This document shows, in pieces, positions 57,645 through 64,000 of a DNA stretch of 64,000 nucleotides (its first letter is position 1; every line of letters starts with the position of its first letter). The stretch spans positions 32,001 to 96,000 of the forward strand of contig JAXMOL010000014.1 in NCBI GenBank assembly GCA_034669905.1. Reading direction: 5' to 3'. The translations under genes and the position numbers were made by a program. This stretch comes from Candidatus Hydrogenedentota bacterium (GTDB lineage: Bacteria > Hydrogenedentota > Hydrogenedentia > Hydrogenedentales > JAEUWI01). Below the pieces are notes generated by a model. The model had not been told where the DNA came from. It searched no databases and saw only the letters and a program-made list of their open reading frames with translations.

Positions 57645-57749
57645 GGGGACTGCACCGACGTAGCAAACCAAAACCCACCACAGCCTACCCGTGGGCGAAC
57701 ACACCCATAACACCGTACACCAACAATCCCGGACGTCGGGGCTGTCCCC
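57645..57749. repeat. REP family C doublet
   Basis: GGGGACTGCACCGACG at 57645-57660 and CGTCGGGGCTGTCCCC at 57734-57749. Confidence 0.72.
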
Positions 57750-57839
57750 CTATTCCCAACTTGCAACCCCTACCGTGCCACCGGTAGTCTCAAGGAAGTC
57801 TCACACCAACCACACACCACCCCGCAAGGAGCACCCACC

Positions 57840-58721
57840 ATGTCCAAACAACACATTGCCGTCATCGGCGGCGGCTTCATGGGGTCGGGCATCGCCCAGT
57901 TAGCGGCCACCACCGGCCACACCGTCACCCTCGTCGAACGCACGGAAGACGACGTCACCCATGCGCTCCGAAACATTGACTGGTCCCTCAACAAACTCTA
58001 CAGCAAAGAACTCATTACCCCCAGCCCCGAATCCGTCATGAAACGTATCACGACGGACACGCGGCTGAGCGCCGCAGGCGACGCCGATCTCGTCTTTGAG
58101 GCGGTCCCCGAAATCGTTGAAGTAAAACAGGATCTCTTCAAGGCCCTCGACGCCTGCTGTAAGCCCGACGCCTGTTTCGCCTCCAACACCTCCACCATCC
58201 CCATTCGCTTCCTCGCCGAAGCCACCAATCGCCCGGACAAGGTCGTCGGCACCCATTTCTTTTTCCCCGTCCCCATCAACCCCCTGCTGGAACTCATCCC
58301 CTCTCCCACGACCAGCGCCACGACCCTGACCAAGTTCCGCACCATCTGCGACGAATTCGGAAAGTTTATCGTCCACGTAAAAAAAGACGTGCCCGGCTTC
58401 ATCATGAACCGCGTTTTCGGCGCCATGACCTGCGAAGCCATTCGCCTCGTGCAAGATGGGGTCTGCGGTGTGGAAGACGTGGACAAAGGACTCACCACGG
58501 GCTACGGCATGATCCAGGGCCCCCTCGCCAAGGCCGACATGGCCGGACTCGACGTCTGCCTCCTGGCCTTTTCCCACGTCTACGAAATCGACCGCAACGA
58601 AGCCCTCCGCCCCCCGGAGCTCCTGGTCAAGCTGGTGGAAGAAGGACACCACGGCATCAAGACCGGCCGCGGCTTCTACCACTACGACAGCCACGGAAAA
58701 CCCACGGGCCCCGCGGTGTAG
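57840..58721 (+). CDS. 3-hydroxyacyl(butyryl)-CoA dehydrogenase
   Basis: GGGFMGSGIA, EAVPE, ASNTSTI, GTHFF, PGFIMNR, GIKTGRGFY. Confidence 0.92.
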   Translation: MSKQHIAVIGGGFMGSGIAQLAATTGHTVTLVERTEDDVTHALRNIDWSLNKLYSKELITPSPESVMKRITTDTRLSAAGDADLVFEAVPEIVEVKQDLFKALDACCKPDACFASNTSTIPIRFLAEATNRPDKVVGTHFFFPVPINPLLELIPSPTTSATTLTKFRTICDEFGKFIVHVKKDVPGFIMNRVFGAMTCEAIRLVQDGVCGVEDVDKGLTTGYGMIQGPLAKADMAGLDVCLLAFSHVYEIDRNEALRPPELLVKLVEEGHHGIKTGRGFYHYDSHGKPTGPAV

Positions 58722-58794
58722 GAATTAATCAGAGGATGTCGGGGACCTGATGCTTTGATGTGCCATTGAAGACGTTTTTGCCCGCAATATGGGC

Positions 58795-58998
58795 CGGACT
58801 TTCAGCCCTTATTTTAACGATAACCTTGATTTCCTGGGGCTTCGCCCCAGGCTGGTATGTCGCGCGCCTTTGGCGCTTCGGAAGTCGGCTCGGTTCCAGC
58901 CCGAAAAACTTTTGCAGGGCCAACGGCCCGGAAGCATATCAGCATGGGGCAACGCCCCATGTTTTGGGCGAATAAATCTGTTCAGGGCTGAAGGCCCG
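58795..58998. repeat. REP family H: inverted doublet of three-hairpin units
   Basis: CGGACTTTCAGCCCT..CCTGGGGCTTCGCCCCAGG..GCGCCTTTGGCGCT is mirrored by AGGGCCAACGGCCC..CATGGGGCAACGCCCCATG..AGGGCTGAAGGCCCG. Confidence 0.75.
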
Positions 58999-59141
58999 TT
59001 GCATTGCCCTTCGCAGAGACACCGAAACAGGAGGGCGAAACGCGCTTTCGGTGATGGATACGCGGTACCACGCAAATGGCTACCAATCTGACTAAATCAG
59101 ACGACTATCGGCCCAAGGCTCACGGGGCCCCAGACAAAACT

Positions 59142-59218
59142 CCCCTCCTCGGAGGGGCCGGGGGTGGGTCAAGTCACAAGACGGTCGCTGACCCACCCCT
59201 AACCCCTCCAGGGAGGGG
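59142..59218. repeat. REP family D doublet
   Basis: Homologous to 31526-31601. Confidence 0.75.
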
Positions 59219-59250
59219 AATCTCTTGGCACCTTGGTAGACGTCATCCCC

Positions 59251-61059
59251 CTACGGCGTCACACTCACCGCCGTGCCAATCCCCGAACTGCCGTAGCCGT
59301 TCCCGCAATAGAAAAGGCGCAGCCGTCCGTCTTCCTTGACCACCGAAGGGTACTCCACCATCTGTTTCTCCCAGCCTTCCCCCGTGGGCTGAAGCTGGAG
59401 GTTATCCAGATACTTCGCCCCACGACGCCAGTGGATGCCATCGTCCGACTCGGCGTAGCCAATGGAGTAATAGCCCCACCGCGTGCCAATGGCGGAATAC
59501 CACATGCGATAGCTCCCCGATTCCGTCTGGTGCACCACCGGCCCCGCGACGGCGATATCTTCATAGTCACGACTCGGATCCCGCAGCATGACCGGGCCCC
59601 GCTTATCCCATGTGACCCCATCCTGCGAAACAGCGAGGCAGATCACCTTCTGCTGATTAAGCGCATGGGCCTCACCAATGGTCGGGCATCCCGTGTAGTA
59701 ATAGCGCCACTCCGTCGTGCCATCGGGCAGGGTGGCCTCCATCACCGAGCCGCCCGCTACACCAATCGCATCGGGATCACCATGGTGCCCCGAAGGTGCA
59801 ATGACGGGACTCGACCCGTGCTTTTCCCACGTTATGCTGTCGCTGCTCGTGGCCAGGCCAATGCCGGGAAAGGCACTCAACCCTTCGCCCCGCCCCGAAT
59901 TCCCCGTGTAATAGAGGTGCCATTGCCCGGGCGCGATTTGCACCACGTGGGGCAGCACCGTCCAGCGCGCATCGAAGGACCCCGCAGGCCCCGGTGACAC
60001 CACCGGACCATGACGGGTCCAGTCCGTCGGGTCACTCACCGGTGCCGTCGCCTTACAGATACGGTGGATTCGATTGGAATCACCACCACCGTAGTAAAGT
60101 TGATATTCTTCACCCACCCGGAGGGCCCAGGGATTCATGCAGCGGGTCGCATCAAATTCGCTGCCCTTCACCGGCGGCAACACCGGGTTAGCGGCTTCCC
60201 GCTCCCATTGCACCGATTCCTTCAACGCCCCATATTCCTCCTCATGGGAAAGACGCTGGACGATCACTTCCTTCGTCTTTCGGCGGATGCCGTAGAGGGT
60301 GCCAATATCCCAGCGGTCCCACGCAATGCCCTGTCCGTGACCCGTCGCCGGGAGGGTATCCACCAGCTCCATCACACCGCCACCCGCGGGCACCCGCAAG
60401 GCATAGACCTCCGGGTGATCATGACCCGTGGCATAGAGCAAGCCATCGGGACCCCAGCCGCCGCCCGAATTGGTATTCGGCAAAAAGCGTTGGATCACCG
60501 CCTCGGGAAAGGTCCAGGTGGTCACCGCCTTCCACGCGGCATCGAGCTGGACCAGGGAAGTACGGCGAATGTTCTCCACCTCGCCATAGGTCGCAAAGAC
60601 GGCATACCACACCCCCTCGCGCACATCGACCCAATTCAACGCCTTGTCCGCCACCCCCACCGGCACGCTCTCCAGATGGGTCAGCGTTGCCACATCCCAG
60701 ATTTCCACCGTGTTTTCATAAGGCGTCGCAGGCCAGTTCGAATGACCGCAATAGAGCTTGCCGTCCACCACCACCCCGCCATTGAGGTGCCGCAAATGGG
60801 AGCCCTCCGGCGCAGTCCAGGCAGCGACCGCTTCCCCCGTGTGCTTGTCGTATTTACCGATGGCCCCATTGGTGATAGCGTAAAAATGTTCGGCATCCAC
60901 CGCCACCCCCTGGCGCGCCTCGGACGCCGGGAAGGCACCAAGTTCGCGAAAGAGCCGCTGGGGCGCGGCGTCCGCGAAGGGGGGAAGCAAGAGCCCCGCA
61001 ACAAAAATCAGGGCAAGGCCCCTATAGGACCACACGGGGTTTTCCATTCGACTGCTCAT
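59251..61059 (-). CDS. Secreted two-domain beta-propeller protein; C-terminal five-bladed GH32/GH43/GH130-like fold
   Basis: Signal peptide; repeated blades P-x-V...Y/W-x-L/M-Y-Y-x-G...I-x-x-A-x-S-x-D-G-x-x-W. Confidence 0.75.
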   Translation of the reverse strand: MSSRMENPVWSYRGLALIFVAGLLLPPFADAAPQRLFRELGAFPASEARQGVAVDAEHFYAITNGAIGKYDKHTGEAVAAWTAPEGSHLRHLNGGVVVDGKLYCGHSNWPATPYENTVEIWDVATLTHLESVPVGVADKALNWVDVREGVWYAVFATYGEVENIRRTSLVQLDAAWKAVTTWTFPEAVIQRFLPNTNSGGGWGPDGLLYATGHDHPEVYALRVPAGGGVMELVDTLPATGHGQGIAWDRWDIGTLYGIRRKTKEVIVQRLSHEEEYGALKESVQWEREAANPVLPPVKGSEFDATRCMNPWALRVGEEYQLYYGGGDSNRIHRICKATAPVSDPTDWTRHGPVVSPGPAGSFDARWTVLPHVVQIAPGQWHLYYTGNSGRGEGLSAFPGIGLATSSDSITWEKHGSSPVIAPSGHHGDPDAIGVAGGSVMEATLPDGTTEWRYYYTGCPTIGEAHALNQQKVICLAVSQDGVTWDKRGPVMLRDPSRDYEDIAVAGPVVHQTESGSYRMWYSAIGTRWGYYSIGYAESDDGIHWRRGAKYLDNLQLQPTGEGWEKQMVEYPSVVKEDGRLRLFYCGNGYGSSGIGTAVSVTP

Positions 61060-61348
61060 GGGTATCTCCAGTTAACGACAACCTGCAAAGAGACCCGATG
61101 ATACCACCTGCCAAGCTCCGTCCCAAATAGCGGTCACACGGAAAAGACACCCAATGCCCCATCAAGGAAAGCGCCCCGAAACCCAAAGCGTCCCACCCGT
61201 CCCACAAACAATTACCGCACCACCCACCCGAAAGACCCAATCAAAAACCGTGCCACGCGATCCGGCCCTGCCGGTTCGTGTGCATGGAGCAACGGCCAAC
61301 GCACCCCATCAAACGCCGCCCGCCACGAGCGGTTGAGCCCACCGCCCC

Positions 61349-62413
61349 CTACACCTCCCCCGACTCCATACACTCCAGGGCCCGCTGCCCCATGGCGCCC
61401 ACCACAAAAATCAGTGGAGCAAAGCGTTCGTCTTTCGTCAGGCCCTGCTTGTAGCGGTAGTAAATCTGCTGCAGGATAACCGCCAGCTTGAACAGGGCAA
61501 ACACATAGTAAAACTGTAAGTTACTCAGGTCCCGCCCGGCCCGTTCCGCGTACACCGCGGCGACGTCTTTCCGGGTCATCATGCCCGGCTCATTGCTCAG
61601 GAAGCACTGTACCACCCCCAGGTCCGGGTCGTCCTTTTCAATCCAATAGGCCAGGGTCGTGCCCAGATCCATCAGGGGATCGCCGATGGTACACATCTCC
61701 CAATCGAGGACGCCAATGATCTTCGTGAGGTCGTGGGCATCGAGTACCACGTTGTCGAACTTGTAGTCGTTATGCACCAGGGTCGCACCCGAGTCTTCGG
61801 GATAGTTTTCTTTCAGCCACGCCATGACCGTATCAATCATGGGGATGTCGTCGGTCTGGGAACCGCCATAGCGCTTAATCCATCCCATCACCTGGCGCTC
61901 CACGTAGGAGCCTTCCCGCCGCAAGTCGGCCAGCCCGGCGGCCGTGTAATCCAGGCCATGCAAATCCGCCAGGTTGCCCACGAAACTTTCGCACATGCGT
62001 CGCACCGTGGCCGCGTCCGCGTCAAAGCCCTCGGGCTTATCGCCCCGCAGAATGGCCCCCCGAATACGCTCCATCACGTAGAACTGGGCACCCATGACCT
62101 CCATATCATCACACAGGGTCAGGGGACGGGGCGCAGCCGGATAAACAGGATTCAGCGCGGAAAGCACCTTGTACTCCCGCCCCATATCGTGGGCCGACTT
62201 CACCTTACTGCCAAAAGGCGGGCGTCGCAGCACCAATTCGCGCTCGCCCACGGAAAGGAGATAGGTCAGGTTGGAAAAGCCACTGGGAAACTGGGACACC
62301 GCCAGCGCCCCGTCAAGCCCGGGAATGGCGTCCTTCAGATAGGCTTCCAGCTTTGCTAAATCCAACTCTTCACCCGCCCGCACCGTCTTCGGGCTGTCTA
62401 TGCTTACGTCCAT
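61349..62413 (-). CDS. APH/choline-kinase-like phosphotransferase (ACAD10/11 kinase domain / LvaA-like)
   Basis: QFPSGFSNLTY, VLRRPP, AHDMGRE, FYVME, VHNDYKFDN, VLDWEMCTIGDPLMDLG. Confidence 0.9.
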   Translation of the reverse strand: MDVSIDSPKTVRAGEELDLAKLEAYLKDAIPGLDGALAVSQFPSGFSNLTYLLSVGERELVLRRPPFGSKVKSAHDMGREYKVLSALNPVYPAAPRPLTLCDDMEVMGAQFYVMERIRGAILRGDKPEGFDADAATVRRMCESFVGNLADLHGLDYTAAGLADLRREGSYVERQVMGWIKRYGGSQTDDIPMIDTVMAWLKENYPEDSGATLVHNDYKFDNVVLDAHDLTKIIGVLDWEMCTIGDPLMDLGTTLAYWIEKDDPDLGVVQCFLSNEPGMMTRKDVAAVYAERAGRDLSNLQFYYVFALFKLAVILQQIYYRYKQGLTKDERFAPLIFVVGAMGQRALECMESGEV

Positions 62414-62508
62414 ATCATTTGTCCCTTAGGTCCTTTTCGTCCTTTAGGTCCTTCGACTCTTTCCGCCTCAAGAAGACGCCGCCCGCCTCCCCACCCTGCC
62501 GTCAACGG

Positions 62509-63714
62509 TCATTCCCCCATCTGCGCGCGAAACAACTCCAGAATCCGTTTGCCCGCCGACATCTTGTGCACTTCATCGGGGCCATCATAAATGCGACTCG
62601 CCCGCTCGTTGCGCCAGAAGGTGGCCAGGGGCGTCCGCTCAGTGATCCCGCGACCGCCGTGCAGCTGAATGGCCCGATCCAGGACCTTCATCATCACGTT
62701 GGGCACGAAAAACTTAATCAGGGAAATTTCCACCCGGGCCTCTTTCGCACCCAGCCGGTCAATCGTATCGGCCGCCTGCAAAACCATGAGGCGGGCGGCG
62801 TTGATCTCCGCGCGACACTCGGAAATCCAGGTCTGCACAATTTGCTGGCTGGCCAGTGGACGGTCCGGGGCCACTTCCCGCGTGAGGGCCTGCTGGCACA
62901 TGAGCTCGAAGGCCCGCTCACTGATACCGACCCAACGCATGCAGTGGTGGATACGGCCCGGCCCCAGGCGCTGCTGGGCAATCTGGAATCCCGACCCTTC
63001 TTCGCCCAGACGGTTCGACTGGGGCACCCGCACGTTTTCATAACGCACCTCCGAATGGCTGTCCCAGTCTTCGCCCCGGTGCCCCATGCAGGAAATGTTT
63101 TCCACGATGGAAAAGCCCGGCGTATCGAGGGGCACAATAATCTGGCTCGCCCGCATATGCTTGGGCGCATCGGGATTGGTCACCGCCATAACAATGGCGA
63201 AGTTGGCCCCATCGGCGGACGAGGTAAACCACTTGTGCCCGTTGATGACATAGTCGTCCCCATCCTTCACGGCGCTCGTGCCCATCCACGTGGGATTCGA
63301 GCCGGGGAAGTCCACTTCGGTCATGGAGAAGCAACTGCGAATTTCTCCGGCGAGCAGGGGCTTCAAATAGCGCTCCTGCTGTTCGGGCGTGCCGTACTTG
63401 ATGAGGATTTCCATGTTCCCCGCGTCGGGCGCCTGGCAGTTGAAGCAATAGACGCCCACAAAGGTCTTGGCCAACTCCGCCTGCACCAGGCCGTGCTCCA
63501 GGACACTGAGCCCGAGACCACCGTGCTCTTTCTCTATCTGCGGCAGGGCGAGTCCAAGCTCCCGCACCTTCTTACGCTTTTCTTGCAAAATCGGCAGGAC
63601 CGAAGCAAACCCTTCGTTCAATACCTGGGGCTCCAGGGGATAGAGCTCCTCCTGCACAAAGGCGCGCACCTTGCCCAACAGATCTTCCATCTTGGGCGAA
63701 ACAGCAAAATCCAT
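62509..63714 (-). CDS. Acyl-CoA dehydrogenase (ACAD10/11 / LvaC-like subfamily)
   Basis: FNCQAPDAGNMEIL, IRSCFSMTE, INGHKWFTS, AQQRLGPGRIHHCMR, IYDGPDEVHK; AAGGAG RBS. Confidence 0.93.
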   Translation of the reverse strand: MDFAVSPKMEDLLGKVRAFVQEELYPLEPQVLNEGFASVLPILQEKRKKVRELGLALPQIEKEHGGLGLSVLEHGLVQAELAKTFVGVYCFNCQAPDAGNMEILIKYGTPEQQERYLKPLLAGEIRSCFSMTEVDFPGSNPTWMGTSAVKDGDDYVINGHKWFTSSADGANFAIVMAVTNPDAPKHMRASQIIVPLDTPGFSIVENISCMGHRGEDWDSHSEVRYENVRVPQSNRLGEEGSGFQIAQQRLGPGRIHHCMRWVGISERAFELMCQQALTREVAPDRPLASQQIVQTWISECRAEINAARLMVLQAADTIDRLGAKEARVEISLIKFFVPNVMMKVLDRAIQLHGGRGITERTPLATFWRNERASRIYDGPDEVHKMSAGKRILELFRAQMGE

Positions 63715-64000
63715 AGCACTCTCCTTGCTCTGGGAAAAACTTAACGATCGGTAGGCTATAGGGTACACCCTTTACCCGCCATTTCCAAACACACACCAAG
63801 GACCTAAAGGACGGAAAAGACATAAAGGACAATAGGAAAGAGCGTCACGGCAGTCTGTGGTGCCACCCGACCCCACGCGACCGCCGGTCGGGTTCGGGTG
63901 TCTTGAGCCTCGTTGAACGGGAGTTCCTGGCACGGTGGCCTTTCGATACGTGGTCTTGGGGCGTGGCTACGGCACAAAGGGGGCTGGCGTTGCACGGTCT

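Noticed and set aside
61241..61255. Sigma54 promoter TGGCACG-N4-TTGA upstream of the propeller gene
   Set aside because: The essential -12 GC is GA, and TGGCAC-like words also occur in local repeats.
63840..64000. Possible T-box (GGGTGGCACC on the minus strand) or 6S RNA fragment
   Set aside because: The motif is explained by the family B repeat head; there is no amino-acid-related gene downstream or T-box stem I, and no 6S-like long duplex can be verified in the truncated sequence.

Overview
GC-rich bacterial chromosomal window with about 50 protein-coding genes. I found no rRNA, tRNA, CRISPR array, transposase or integrase. The gene content (DUF1559 prepilin/H-X9-DG protein, six sulfatase-fold genes, Lpt LPS export) suggests a diderm such as Ca. 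Hydrogenedentota or a PVC-like lineage; this is inferred, not proven. Housekeeping genes: nadC-coaX-lptC-lptA-lptB, ettA, comM/yifB. Accessory genes: a DUF1559-PepSY-small protein-MipA operon, myo-inositol oxygenase, arsM, an algI/algJ-like pair, a sulfotransferase, a HAL2-type PAP phosphatase, an AbrB-Doc toxin-antitoxin pair, a split ACAD10/11-type dehydrogenase+kinase pair and several secreted hydrolases. The most striking non-coding signal is that many larger intergenic gaps hold one or more of at least eight unrelated REP/MITE-like palindromic or 9-10-mer repeat families, several with compensatory stem changes. Two direct copies of a 26-bp-TIR element bracket exactly one sulfatase gene like a cassette. 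Best candidates for undescribed systems: (i) a putative metal-uptake operon in which a pilin-like DUF1559 protein occupies the slot usually held by a TonB-dependent receptor, and (ii) the palindrome-bounded gene cassette and multi-family REP landscape. All calls come from motif recognition by eye; no database searches were run.
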